From contig CAVUPH010000015.1 in NCBI GenBank assembly GCA_963743305.1, forward strand, positions 1 to 64,000: a stretch of DNA of 64,000 nt. The letters are read 5' to 3'. The notes under the pieces are model-generated. The model did not search any database. It saw only the letters and a list, made by a program, of their open reading frames with translations, and was not told where the DNA came from. Position 1 is the stretch's first letter, and each line of letters starts with the position of its first letter. Below, in pieces: positions 29,809 through 38,920 of the stretch. Origin of the DNA: an uncultured delta proteobacterium. GTDB taxonomy: Bacteria > Desulfobacterota > RBG-13-43-22. The position numbers were made by a program, and so were the translations under genes.

Positions 29809-30261
29809 TTGTTGTCTTCAAAATTAAAACCTGCGGTTTCTAAATATTGGCTGGCCACGGCGGCGGGCTTGATGTGGACCGCCGTGGGTCTTATGCTCTG
29901 CGGGTTGGCCTATGAATGGCTCGCCGTCCTCCCTTTACGCTGGGCCGTCCCTTTAGGAGCCGTCGGTATCCTCTTGTCCTTGGTGGTTCATCGCTTTGCT
30001 TTTTCGAAAATCGCCCTGAAAAACATCGATCGGCTCCGCCAATTCCCGGATAGAGTCTGTTTTTTTGCCTTCCAAGCCTGGAAAAGCTACCTGCTCATCG
30101 CCCTGATGGTTATGCTCGGTTTTATTCTTCGACACTCCACCATTCCCAAATACTATCTTTCCGTGCCCTATGCCGCCATCGGCGGCGCATTGTTTTTGTC
30201 CAGCTTTCATTACTACGCCCATCTTTGGCGTCCGCCCAACAAAAAGGAAACGAGGGAATAG
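29809..30261 (+). CDS. Hypothetical membrane protein (about four TM segments)
   Basis: Hydrophobic ORF with FAFQAWKSYLLI; AAGGA upstream. Confidence 0.7.
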   Translation: MLSSKLKPAVSKYWLATAAGLMWTAVGLMLCGLAYEWLAVLPLRWAVPLGAVGILLSLVVHRFAFSKIALKNIDRLRQFPDRVCFFAFQAWKSYLLIALMVMLGFILRHSTIPKYYLSVPYAAIGGALFLSSFHYYAHLWRPPNKKETRE

Positions 30262-30262
30262 T

Positions 30263-30403
30263 GATAACCTCGCCAAAAGTCCCCAAAGCTGTCATTGCGA
30301 GGAGGGAAGCGACGAAGCAATCCCCAATAATCAGATGTCTGCCACAGTGGGGATTGCTTCGCTTCGCTCGCAATGACGAGGTTTTCGACTTTTTGTGAAC
30401 CCT
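30263..30403. mobile_element. MITE-like element carrying a GTCATTGCGAG...CTCGCAATGAC palindrome
   Basis: Imperfect terminal inverted repeats GATAACCTCGCCAAAAGTC ... GACTTTTTGTGAACCC; core repeated at 35891 and 38337. Confidence 0.7.
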
Positions 30404-30477
30404 TTACCTAATAATCGATTTGAATCTCCTCTCCCGCTGCTTACGCTCAGCGCCATGCGCCCTGCGCTTTGCCTTTT

Positions 30478-31185
30478 CTACCGGTAAGTGATCAGGGACG
30501 GATCCCGCTGCAGTTCCAAATAGGCCACCGAGTTAAACGAAGAAAGAGTAAAACGCTGTTCGGAAAACTTAAAGGTGGACACTGAGGCGTTGCGAATTTG
30601 CCAGGCCAGGTCCACCGCGTCCAGATCCGGCAGGGAAAGGGCTTTCTGAAGCAGGGCGGCCAGAGGACCGCCCGAGGTGACCAGGGCCACGGTTTTCCCC
30701 TTTCCGGATTCCCGGAGGATCCGGGCCAACCCCTCCCGCACCCGGCTGGTAAAGGCCGGCCAGGTTTCCACGCCTTCCAGACCTTCCGGATTGTTGATCC
30801 AGCGGGAAAGGGAGAGATTCAGCACCCGGTAGAGGACATGCGGGTCGGTAAAAAGTCTTTCCAACTCCGCCTCCAGGGACGGTTTCTCCCGGATCAGCAG
30901 GGGAAGCTGGAGATTGACCACCGTAGCCATGTCAAACTCATTGAATTCGGACAAGAGACGCGGGGCCGGATCACCGGAAAATAAAGCCGGTTTTTGACTT
31001 AAAGCCGCGGCCGTATCCCGATGCCGTTTCATCTCTCCGCAATACAGGGCGTCAAACGTTCGGCCCGTCTGTTCGAAAAAATCCGCCAGCAGTCGGGCCT
31101 GGGTTAAACCCATTTCCGACAGTTCATCGTAATCGGGCTTGCCGAATGAGGCCTGGGCGTGCCGAATGAGGTATAAATCTCCCAT
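30478..31185 (-). CDS. Histidine phosphatase (phosphoglycerate mutase family) protein
   Basis: LIRHAQASFG..YD.LS..G..QA, VTSGG, NASVS, FNS..L. Confidence 0.9.
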   Translation of the reverse strand: MGDLYLIRHAQASFGKPDYDELSEMGLTQARLLADFFEQTGRTFDALYCGEMKRHRDTAAALSQKPALFSGDPAPRLLSEFNEFDMATVVNLQLPLLIREKPSLEAELERLFTDPHVLYRVLNLSLSRWINNPEGLEGVETWPAFTSRVREGLARILRESGKGKTVALVTSGGPLAALLQKALSLPDLDAVDLAWQIRNASVSTFKFSEQRFTLSSFNSVAYLELQRDPSLITYR

Positions 31186-31364
31186 AGTCTTAACCTGTCA
31201 CAATGTTTTTTAACGTTAATATTATCCCCTTCTATCCTGCCAATGTCAATTTTCTTTCGGATTTCGCGTTTCGAATTTGGTTGCGGCCAGGCACTGAGCA
31301 GGATGGCAAGGGAAATGGTTTTTTTCTTGAAACCGACCCGCTTCTCTTTTACCATGGGAGAAAT

Positions 31365-31522
31365 GATGGACTTGCCCGAAGTCTATCATCAGCCCGAGCG
31401 CGATTAAGCGCCGGGCTGGGGTGAGGGTGGCACCGTTGGAATTCACTTCCAATGGCGGGGGAGGGGGAACCCTTCCCCGCCGAGCAGAAAGTCGTCTTTT
31501 GACTTTTTTGCGAGGTTACCAA
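31365..31522 (+). repeat. Structured dispersed element, copy 2 (homologous to 13884-14047)
   Basis: Same motif order and hairpins as copy 1; ends 2 nt before the etfB ATG. Confidence 0.85.
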
Positions 31523-31524
31523 GA

Positions 31525-32340
31525 ATGAACAGGCCTCTAAAAATTCTGGTTTGCATCAAGCAGGTCCGATCTCAGGATGGTCCGATCGAAATCGATCCCG
31601 CCGATCCCTCCGGGAGATCTCTTTTTGCCGGGAATCTTCCTTTGTTCGTCCTCAATCGTTTTGATGAATTTGCTTTGGAGGAGGCCTTGCGGGTAAAAGA
31701 CGCCTTTCCCGACACGAAGCTTCACGCCCTGACCGTCGGCCCCGCCCGGGCCGAAGCGGTGATCCGCCGAGCCCTGGGCATGGGAGCCGATCACGGGATC
31801 CATTTGCTCACCGAGGAGGGTGAAGAGCCGACGCCCTTTCAAATCTCCTCCTGGATAGCGGCCCTTTCCGACGCCGGCGTCTACGACCTGATCTTAACCG
31901 GGGTCATGGCCGAGGATGATCTGCAAGGGCTGGTGGGGCCCCTGGTCGCCGAACGATTGGGTCTTCTCTGCGCCGCCTCCGTGGTGTCCTTCCGGGTTTC
32001 CCCGGAACAAAACCGGGTCGAAGCGGAGAAAGAGGTGGAGGGCGGCCGACGGGAAAAGTGGCGGCTGCTGCTCCCGGCGGTATTGACGATTCAAAGCGGA
32101 ATCAACAAGCCCCGCTATCCATCACTCTCCCATGTACTTCGAGCCCGAAAGCAGGCCCTGGAAATCATTTCCGCCGCCTCCCTCCCGAACGACGAACCCC
32201 GGCAGTCCCTGGTGCGTTTTGTCCTCCCCGAAAAAGTCCGCACCGGCCGGGTGCTTACCGGGACTTCTAAAGAAAAGGCCGGAAGACTCACCGGGATCTT
32301 GGGCGACAAAAGGCCTCCTGACCTAAATGGCCCCCCTTGA
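31525..32340 (+). CDS. etfB: Electron transfer flavoprotein beta subunit
   Basis: ILVCIKQV, NRFDEFALEEAL, ALGMGAD, INKPRYPS. Confidence 0.92.
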   Translation: MNRPLKILVCIKQVRSQDGPIEIDPADPSGRSLFAGNLPLFVLNRFDEFALEEALRVKDAFPDTKLHALTVGPARAEAVIRRALGMGADHGIHLLTEEGEEPTPFQISSWIAALSDAGVYDLILTGVMAEDDLQGLVGPLVAERLGLLCAASVVSFRVSPEQNRVEAEKEVEGGRREKWRLLLPAVLTIQSGINKPRYPSLSHVLRARKQALEIISAASLPNDEPRQSLVRFVLPEKVRTGRVLTGTSKEKAGRLTGILGDKRPPDLNGPP

Positions 32341-33355
32341 GCCCACACTCTTCGTCCTGGGGGACCACGACCAGGGTCAGATCAGCCCGTCCACCTGGGA
32401 GGGACTGGGCCTCGCCGAGGAAATTCGGCGCCACCAGCCCGCCCCGGTCACAATTATCCTGATGGGCGACGCCGTGGAGGAACCCGCGGCCCGGGCGGCC
32501 AAGGAGGCCCGGGTGGATGTCCTGGCCGTCAAGGTCCCCGGTCTGAAAAGCTTGCCGGGAGAAATCGCCCTGCAGGTCTTGCAGAAATTATTTTTCGAAT
32601 CCCCGCCGGTTTGCCTGATCCTGCCCCAAAATTCCCGCAGTGGGGAACTCGCCCCCCGAATCGCCCTGCGCCTGGGGTTGGCCTGCATTCCCGGGGTGAC
32701 CAAAATCCTTCAGGAAGACAATCGTCTTCTTTTCAGGCGGTCCCTCTTCCAGGGTAAGCTCCTGGCCGACCTGGCCGTGGAAACCCGGGGGGTGGTCCTG
32801 ACCTTCGAATCCGGCTATTTCAAATTTTCAGGATCGCCCCTTCAGGAAAACGGATTTTGGGAGCTGAAAACCCTGTCCGCTTCCGAATCCCGGGCTGAAC
32901 TGCTGGGAATTACACCGGCCGTGGAAATCGAAGCGGCCCTGCGCGAGGCGGAGGTGATCGTGGCCGCCGGCCGGGGCATCGGTTCGGAAGAAACCCTCGA
33001 CCTGATCCATCGCCTGGCGGCCCTGTTTCCCCGATCGTCCGTGGCCGGATCCCGTCCCGTATGCGACCTGGGCTGGTTGCCCTACAATCGACAGGTGGGC
33101 CAGACCGGGTCCACCGTCCGCCCCCGGCTATATTTGGCCTGCGGCATTTCCGGCGCCTATCAGCACATTGCCGGCATGAAGGATTCCGGTTTCATCGTCT
33201 CCATTAACCGGGATCCCCAGGCGGCCATCGGCCAATGGTCGGACTTGCGCGTTGAGGAGGATTTAAAAATTTTTTTACCTCTGCTCATCGATGCGGTGCT
33301 AAGATATCGGGAAGGCCGGGGTTGTTCGGAAGAAGGTAACGGGAGGCTGAAGTGA
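32327..33355 (+). CDS. etfA: Electron transfer flavoprotein alpha subunit
   Basis: EAEVIVAAGRG, SRPVCDLGW, QVGQTG, CGISGAYQH..GM, INRDPQA. Confidence 0.92.
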   Translation: MAPLEPTLFVLGDHDQGQISPSTWEGLGLAEEIRRHQPAPVTIILMGDAVEEPAARAAKEARVDVLAVKVPGLKSLPGEIALQVLQKLFFESPPVCLILPQNSRSGELAPRIALRLGLACIPGVTKILQEDNRLLFRRSLFQGKLLADLAVETRGVVLTFESGYFKFSGSPLQENGFWELKTLSASESRAELLGITPAVEIEAALREAEVIVAAGRGIGSEETLDLIHRLAALFPRSSVAGSRPVCDLGWLPYNRQVGQTGSTVRPRLYLACGISGAYQHIAGMKDSGFIVSINRDPQAAIGQWSDLRVEEDLKIFLPLLIDAVLRYREGRGCSEEGNGRLK

Positions 33356-33837
33356 AAAATACGAAACCGCTTTCCGGAGACCGGATCAAAGGATTGATCG
33401 ACGACTTCATCGCCACGTCTCCCGTCAATAGTATGGGAACCAAAACCGGGGAGCCGGCCTGGGAGGACGCCTTGGTGGGCTTTGCCTCCGGCGCGGACCC
33501 GATTTGGCAGCAATACCAGGAGTACATCGGTCCCTTCCACTGGACCCCCTGGGAGGTCTTTTCCCAAAACCACCCGGAGGAAACCGCGCGCCCGGAGGAA
33601 CTGACCGTGGTTTCGTGGGTCTTGCCTCAACGTCAGGTGGTGCGCCGGGCCAATCGCCGGGCCAAGAAGTATCCCGCCGAGGAATGGGCCCGGATCAGAG
33701 TCTATGGGGAGGAGTTCAATGTGGCTTGGCGTCGCCACCTGGTCCAGCGCCTTGAACAGGCCGGCCACGCGGCCGTCGCCCCCATGCTGGTTCCCAATTG
33801 GGCCATCGTCAAGTCGCAACGGTTTTCCTATGCCTCA
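33352..33837 (+). pseudogene. QueG-like/4Fe-4S protein N-terminal part, truncated before the Cys cluster
   Basis: LVGFASGADP, FHWTPWE, VVSWVLP, AVAP...SYAS; similarity stops at 33837 where the next gene begins. Confidence 0.65.
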
Positions 33838-34273
33838 TTTTGGATTGATGGATCCGGATGCCCTGGGAGCGGAGGCGGCGGCTCTGCAACGCGCCCGACT
33901 GCATATCCGTGGGGGGCGGAGGAGACTTCGCCAGGGGAAGATATCCGCCGGGCTGGGTACGCTCTACGACGCCCTCCTTTCCGCCCTGGAGTGGTATGTG
34001 GCCTCTCCCGATCGTCGAGAAAACTTACCGATTCAGGGTGAAAATAATCTCGGAGATGATCGGACAGTGTTCGGCCTGCTGGTCAAAGCCGGGGTGATCG
34101 ACGCCCGGTTCGATTATTCAGCCTTTAAACATCTCCTGGACACGGCGCCTCCCGAGTCTTCCACCTATGATTATGCGGAAGTCCTGAATCAAGTGGAGTC
34201 GGTCATGACCCGGATCGGGGTTATGCCCTTCGAAGAGAGCGGGTTGCCCCCCGAGGACCCCTCCACCTATTGA
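33830..34273 (+). CDS. Hypothetical protein (MPHFGLMD...RARLHIRGG)
   Basis: ATG at 33830 in frame with ORF 33704..34273; protein-like composition through LPPEDPSTY. Confidence 0.7.
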   Translation: MPHFGLMDPDALGAEAAALQRARLHIRGGRRRLRQGKISAGLGTLYDALLSALEWYVASPDRRENLPIQGENNLGDDRTVFGLLVKAGVIDARFDYSAFKHLLDTAPPESSTYDYAEVLNQVESVMTRIGVMPFEESGLPPEDPSTY

Positions 34274-34278
34274 TGGGC

Positions 34279-34307
34279 TTGCATTCCCATCATCCAGAGA
34301 TTATACT
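34279..34307 (+). promoter_or_regulatory. Sigma70 promoter of the thiM operon
   Basis: TTGCAT-17 bp-TATACT just upstream of the riboswitch. Confidence 0.7.
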
Positions 34308-34318
34308 GTTTTTGTAAA

Positions 34319-34411
34319 AAATCGGGGAGCTGGGAGGCGCCCGGCTGAGAAGGCCAACGAACCGTGGCCGACCCTTTAAACCTGCTCTGGGTAATGCCAG
34401 CGAAGGGAACG
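34319..34411 (+). ncRNA. TPP riboswitch (THI element)
   Basis: GGGGAGC...GCTGAGA...GACCCTTT.AACCTG.TCTGGGTAATGCCAGCGAAGGGA consensus upstream of thiM. Confidence 0.95.
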
Positions 34412-34454
34412 CAAAATAAAAGCCGGCCCTTCGTGGACCGGCTTTTATTTTGCG
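34410..34454 (+). terminator. Riboswitch-controlled intrinsic terminator
   Basis: CGCAAAATAAAAGCCGG / CCGGCTTTTATTTTGCG stem; loop CCCTTCG is complementary to aptamer CGAAGGG. Confidence 0.8.
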
Positions 34455-34540
34455 AAATCCGGCTTAGCCGGAAAAACAACCCGGACCTCCTTTTTGATGC
34501 AGAACACGACCACTGAGACGGCCAGGGAGATTTCTAACCT

Positions 34541-35344
34541 GTGGATGGAATAAAAAATAAAATCTCGGTTCTTTTAGACCGGGTCCGAACCAGGAGACCG
34601 GTGGTTCATGCCATCACCAACTGGGTGACCGCGGGGGATGTGGCCAATGCCCTGCAAGCCCTGGGGGCGAGGCCGGTGCTGGCCTTTTCGACGTCCGAGG
34701 CGGCCGAGATCACCAACGAGGCCGACACGCTCTACCTGAACCTGGGAACCCCTACACCCGACCGGATTGCGGCCATGCTGCTCGCGGGACGCCGGGCCAA
34801 TGAAATCGGTCTGCCCGTGGTTTTTGATCCGGTGGGGGCCGGTGCTTCCACTTTTCGGAAGGATGCCTGCCGCCAAATCCTTTCAGAATTAACCCTGGCT
34901 ATTATCCGGGGAAATCCGGCCGAGATCGGCGCTCTGGCGGGACAAGGAGGCCAACTGCGGGGAATCGACAGCGTGTCCGGTCCGGAGGACATCCACGATG
35001 CGGTCCGGGTCCTTTCCGCGAGAACGGGGGCCGTGGTAATTGCCAGCGGAGAGCAGGACCTTATTTTCCATGAGAACCAAATGGTGATGGTCGGAAACGG
35101 CCATCCGCTGATGCTCCGGGTTACCGGTACCGGCTGTATGCTCTCGGCGGTCATTGCCGCCTTTGCCGCCGTGGGCCGCGCCCCCCTGGAAAGCGCCATC
35201 GCCGGGGTCTCCTGCTTCAAACTGGCCGGGGAACTGGCCGGGCAGACAGCCGCCGGTCCGGGGGCCTTTAGAATCGGTCTGATGGACTTTCTCTATGCGC
35301 TCACTCCGGACGATCTTCAAAGTTCCGCTGCCCTTCAAGGCTAA
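34541..35344 (+). CDS. thiM: Hydroxyethylthiazole kinase
   Basis: PVVHAITNWV, NLGT, DPVGAGAS.FR, IRGNPAEI, VTGTGCML. Confidence 0.95.
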   Translation: MDGIKNKISVLLDRVRTRRPVVHAITNWVTAGDVANALQALGARPVLAFSTSEAAEITNEADTLYLNLGTPTPDRIAAMLLAGRRANEIGLPVVFDPVGAGASTFRKDACRQILSELTLAIIRGNPAEIGALAGQGGQLRGIDSVSGPEDIHDAVRVLSARTGAVVIASGEQDLIFHENQMVMVGNGHPLMLRVTGTGCMLSAVIAAFAAVGRAPLESAIAGVSCFKLAGELAGQTAAGPGAFRIGLMDFLYALTPDDLQSSAALQG

Positions 35345-35347
35345 TAA

Positions 35348-35863
35348 ATGGAACCAACCGGCACCAACTCTCGTACTGTGGCCCGAGCGATCATTCTGGT
35401 AGCCATTGGGGTGGCCCTTTCCCCTTTCACCAGTATTCCCATAGGCATCGCCAAAATCAATCCGACCCAGCATTTCGTGAACGTGGTGGCCGCCGTTTTG
35501 CTGGGACCCTGGTGGGCCGCCGGTGTCGCCGGGATCATTGGCCTGCTCCGAAACGCCCTGGGTACCGGGACGCTGCTGGCCTTTCCCGGCGGGATGATCG
35601 GCGCCTTTCTGGCGGGGATCCTTTTTCAGTTAACCCGGAATATCTATATCGGGGCCTTGGGCGAGGTTCTCGGGACGGGAGTGCTGGGGGCCCTGGCCAG
35701 CGCCCTGATCGTAGCCCCGGCCCTGATGGGCAAATCCATGGCCTTGGGGGCCTTGATTATCGCCTTTTCGGGCAGCACCGTCGTCGGGGCCTTTTTAGGG
35801 ATCCTGGGGTTGAAGCTCTTGGAAAAAGCGGGTTACGCGACGATCAACAAGCGGAAAATTTGA
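35348..35863 (+). CDS. thiW: ECF S component ThiW (thiazole)
   Basis: NPTQHFVNV..AVLLGPW, LRNALGTGTLLAFPGGMIGA, GEVLGTG. Confidence 0.92.
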   Translation: MEPTGTNSRTVARAIILVAIGVALSPFTSIPIGIAKINPTQHFVNVVAAVLLGPWWAAGVAGIIGLLRNALGTGTLLAFPGGMIGAFLAGILFQLTRNIYIGALGEVLGTGVLGALASALIVAPALMGKSMALGALIIAFSGSTVVGAFLGILGLKLLEKAGYATINKRKI

Positions 35864-35924
35864 TGGGTTCGCAATAGAGTCCCCCGAGCTGTCATTGCGA
35901 GGAGCGAAGCGACGAAGCAATCCC
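35862..35924. repeat. Truncated (half) copy of the GTCATTGCGAG MITE-like element
   Basis: GATGGGTTCGCAATAGAGTC left end overlapping the thiW stop, then GTCATTGCGAGGAGCGAAGCGACGAAGCAATCCC. Confidence 0.7.
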
Positions 35925-35966
35925 TAAGAATAAGTAGGAATTTAACCTGAGAAAGGGCTATTTACG

Positions 35967-37604
35967 TTGGTTCTGGCTTTCGAAAACGTCTCTTATCGAT
36001 ACGACGGAATGGAGGACTGGGCGCTCCGCGAAGTCAACCTGACCGTAGCGGAAGGGGAATATGTGCTGGTAGCCGGGGCCAGCGGCAGCGGCAAATCCAC
36101 CTTCTGCCGGCTGGCCACCGGACTGGCCCCCCATTTTCACGGAGGCGACCTGAAAGGCCGGGTGCTGGTCGATGGGCTGGACACCCGGGAAGTTCCGGTC
36201 AGCCGACTTTTCGGTCACGTGGGCCTGGTCTTTCAAAACACCGATGCTCAGTTGTTCAACCGGACGGTGCAGGAGGAACTGGGGTTCGGCCTGGAAGGAC
36301 TCGGGCTGGAACCCCAAGAGATTGAAAAAAGGCTGGAATGGGTGAGCGGGGTGCTGAAACTCGGCGGCCTCTTAGAACGCTCCCCCCACCAACTTTCCGG
36401 AGGCGAAAAACAGCGGGTGATACTGGGGGCCATTCTGGCCCTTCGTCCCCGCCTGCTGCTGTTGGATGAACCTTTTGCCCATCTCGATCCGGAAGGCAGC
36501 GAAGGGCTCCGATCGCTACTTAAAACCCTGCGCGGCGAAGGGCCGGCCGTGATGGTGGTCGAACACCGCCTCCAGGAAGTGGTGGCGGATGTGGACCGGC
36601 TGGTACTCTTTCATCAGGGCCGCCTGACCGCAGACGGTCCACCGCGGCAAGTATTGGAACAGGAGCTGACAGGTTATGGGCTGAACCTTCCTCCGCTGGT
36701 TGGTCTTTTTCGCGCTTGGGGGCTGGACGGTCCTCCCCCACTTACCCCTCGGGAGGCTATACAACTTCTCGCTTCCGGACCTCCCCGGCGGTTTTCCACA
36801 TCCGGAATAAATAACTCTCGGGACGGAGTACCTCCTTTTTCCCATAATCAGGAGGCCGTCCCGGTGGTGGAAATCCAGGATCTCCGGTTCGGTTACCCCG
36901 ACCAGGAAATCCTGGAAGGGGTTGAATTTCACCTTCGGCCGGGAGAATGCGTAGCGATTCTCGGCCGGAACGGCGCCGGTAAGACCACGCTGATCAAGCA
37001 CCTGAACGGACTACTGCAGCCCTCCCGCGGCACGATACTGGTCTTGGGCCGGGACACCCGGGTGACCAAAACCCACGAACTGGCGCGTAGGGTGGGCTTC
37101 GCCTGGCAAAATCCGAACGACCAGCTTTTTCAAACCTCGGTGCGGGAGGAAGTGCTGATCGGCCCGCGTATTCTGAAAGCCTATGATCCCCCCTGGTGCG
37201 AACGGCTTTTTAACCGGTTCGGACTAGCTCCCCTCTTGGAACGATCCCCCTTCCGGCTGAGCGAGGGAGAAAAAAAAAGAGTGGCTTTCGCCACGGCTCT
37301 GGCCGCCCGGCCGGAAATCGTCATTCTCGATGAACCGACCGCCGGTCAGGATGAGCCCTTTCGCCGGGAGCTGGGCGGACTGATTCGGGAGTTGCGGGAA
37401 GAAGGCAAAACCGTGCTGCTGGTGACCCACGACCTGGAATTCGCCGCGGAACAGGCCCCGCGCTGGCTGGTCTTGTCCGGAGGAAAAATCATAGCCGATG
37501 GGTCCCCCGAGACGATCATGGGCGACCGCCGGGCCATGACCGCAGCCGGTCTACGGCCCACACAGCGGTTTGAATTGGCTCAGTTGTTGGGAAACGTGGC
37601 ATGA
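35967..37604 (+). CDS. ECF transporter duplicated ATPase (fused A-A')
   Basis: Two ABC cassettes: GASGSGKS/LSGGEKQR/LDEP and GRNGAGKT/LSEGEKKR/LDEPT. Confidence 0.92.
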   Translation: MVLAFENVSYRYDGMEDWALREVNLTVAEGEYVLVAGASGSGKSTFCRLATGLAPHFHGGDLKGRVLVDGLDTREVPVSRLFGHVGLVFQNTDAQLFNRTVQEELGFGLEGLGLEPQEIEKRLEWVSGVLKLGGLLERSPHQLSGGEKQRVILGAILALRPRLLLLDEPFAHLDPEGSEGLRSLLKTLRGEGPAVMVVEHRLQEVVADVDRLVLFHQGRLTADGPPRQVLEQELTGYGLNLPPLVGLFRAWGLDGPPPLTPREAIQLLASGPPRRFSTSGINNSRDGVPPFSHNQEAVPVVEIQDLRFGYPDQEILEGVEFHLRPGECVAILGRNGAGKTTLIKHLNGLLQPSRGTILVLGRDTRVTKTHELARRVGFAWQNPNDQLFQTSVREEVLIGPRILKAYDPPWCERLFNRFGLAPLLERSPFRLSEGEKKRVAFATALAARPEIVILDEPTAGQDEPFRRELGGLIRELREEGKTVLLVTHDLEFAAEQAPRWLVLSGGKIIADGSPETIMGDRRAMTAAGLRPTQRFELAQLLGNVA

Positions 37605-38272
37605 AATCATCGATTCTCGATCCCCGCGCCAAGCTGGTCCTGGCCTTCACCGCCGCCGTGATCTTGGTGTCGCTCGATCAATGGCTGAACCTGCTGGTTG
37701 CCGCCGCCGTAATCTGGGGGATGACTCTCCCCCTGAACCTGGTGCCCACCTGGTTCAAATTTTTCAGGGGTTTGGGCCCGGCGGTCCTTGGTTTCTTCGC
37801 CATCGCCTGGCTGGCCTTCGATCTTCCCACGGCCCTGATATCCGGCCTGCGTTTGTTGGCCCTCGGCACGGTTTTCTTTCTTTTTTTTCAGACTACTTCC
37901 CCTAAAAACCTTTCCCAAGCCTTGGTCCGGATGGGGCTGCCCTATGCATTCAGTTTTGTGCTGACCGTCTCCATGGAATTCATCCCGGTCCTAACCCGAC
38001 GGGCGGCCAACATCCGGGACGCGCAACGGGCCCGGGGGATCCCCCTTCAGGGCGGCCTGCGAACACTCCGTTACTTGCCGGCCCTGTTGGGGCCTTTGCT
38101 GATTCAATCCTTTAAACTGGCGGACGAAATGGCCGAAGCCCTGGAGGCCCGGGGCTTTGGAGCCGCTGCCCGCGGCACCCGTCAGGAATTACCCCTGCGG
38201 GCGTTTGATTGGGGGATCATCTCCTTAAGCCTTCTAGGCATTGCCGCCTTACTATTTTTCAGATATAGCTGA
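37601..38272 (+). CDS. ecfT: ECF transmembrane T component
   Basis: LDPRAKL, AQRARG and ALEARGF (two ARG motifs). Confidence 0.9.
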   Translation: MKSSILDPRAKLVLAFTAAVILVSLDQWLNLLVAAAVIWGMTLPLNLVPTWFKFFRGLGPAVLGFFAIAWLAFDLPTALISGLRLLALGTVFFLFFQTTSPKNLSQALVRMGLPYAFSFVLTVSMEFIPVLTRRAANIRDAQRARGIPLQGGLRTLRYLPALLGPLLIQSFKLADEMAEALEARGFGAAARGTRQELPLRAFDWGIISLSLLGIAALLFFRYS

Positions 38273-38310
38273 GAAATTTGCTTTCCTGCTTTTCTACTCG
38301 AATTATTTTT

Positions 38311-38463
38311 GATAAACTCAAAGTGTTCCCAGGGTTGTCATTGCGAGGAGTGGAGCGACGAAGCAATCCCCAATAATCAGCTACTTACCAAGGCGGGGAT
38401 TGCTTCCCCCGGATCAGGTCCGGGATCGTGATGACGGTTTTTTCGACTTTTTACGAAACCATC
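38311..38463. mobile_element. MITE-like element carrying the GTCATTGCGAG palindrome
   Basis: Same core and CAATAATCAG loop as 30263-30403; right end GACTTTTTACGAAACCATC. Confidence 0.7.
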
Positions 38464-38510
38464 GTTAGTACCGCGTCATGCCCCATGGATTATCAGCAAG
38501 GATCAAAATT

Positions 38511-38849
38511 ATGAATACCAGAAACCTGTTGGACCCCATCACTCCTGGAGAAATTTTGAAGGAAGATTTCCTGGAGCCTTTGAAAATTAGCATCAACCAA
38601 CTGGCTCGAAACATTGGGGTACCCCCCAACCGTATCAGTGAAATCGTCAATGGGAAGCGAATGATTACGGCCGACACCGCCTTGCGGTTACAGCGTTTTT
38701 TCGGAGTGGAGGCCCAGTTCTGGCTCAACCTTCAAATGGAGTATGACCTTCGAATAGCCAAACGGCAACGATGGACGGATATAGAAAAACAAATAACACC
38801 CATTCAACCTGCGCTTAAAATCATTCCGGAAACCTCGAAATCAATCTAA
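38511..38849 (+). CDS. higA: HigA-family antitoxin (HTH-XRE), no adjacent toxin
   Basis: PITPGEILKEDFLEPL, RISEIVNGKR.ITADTALRL..FFG...FWLNLQ..YDL. Confidence 0.9.
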   Translation: MNTRNLLDPITPGEILKEDFLEPLKISINQLARNIGVPPNRISEIVNGKRMITADTALRLQRFFGVEAQFWLNLQMEYDLRIAKRQRWTDIEKQITPIQPALKIIPETSKSI

Positions 38850-38920
38850 AAAACAGCGTTCTTGGATGATCGCTTCGATGGCTTTGTCATAGGCCACGGT
38901 ATAATCTCCCCCCTCTGCCA

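Noticed and set aside
30170-30376. ORFs with CHCEEGSDEAI-like peptides
   Set aside because: Translation of the palindromic repeat, not a gene.
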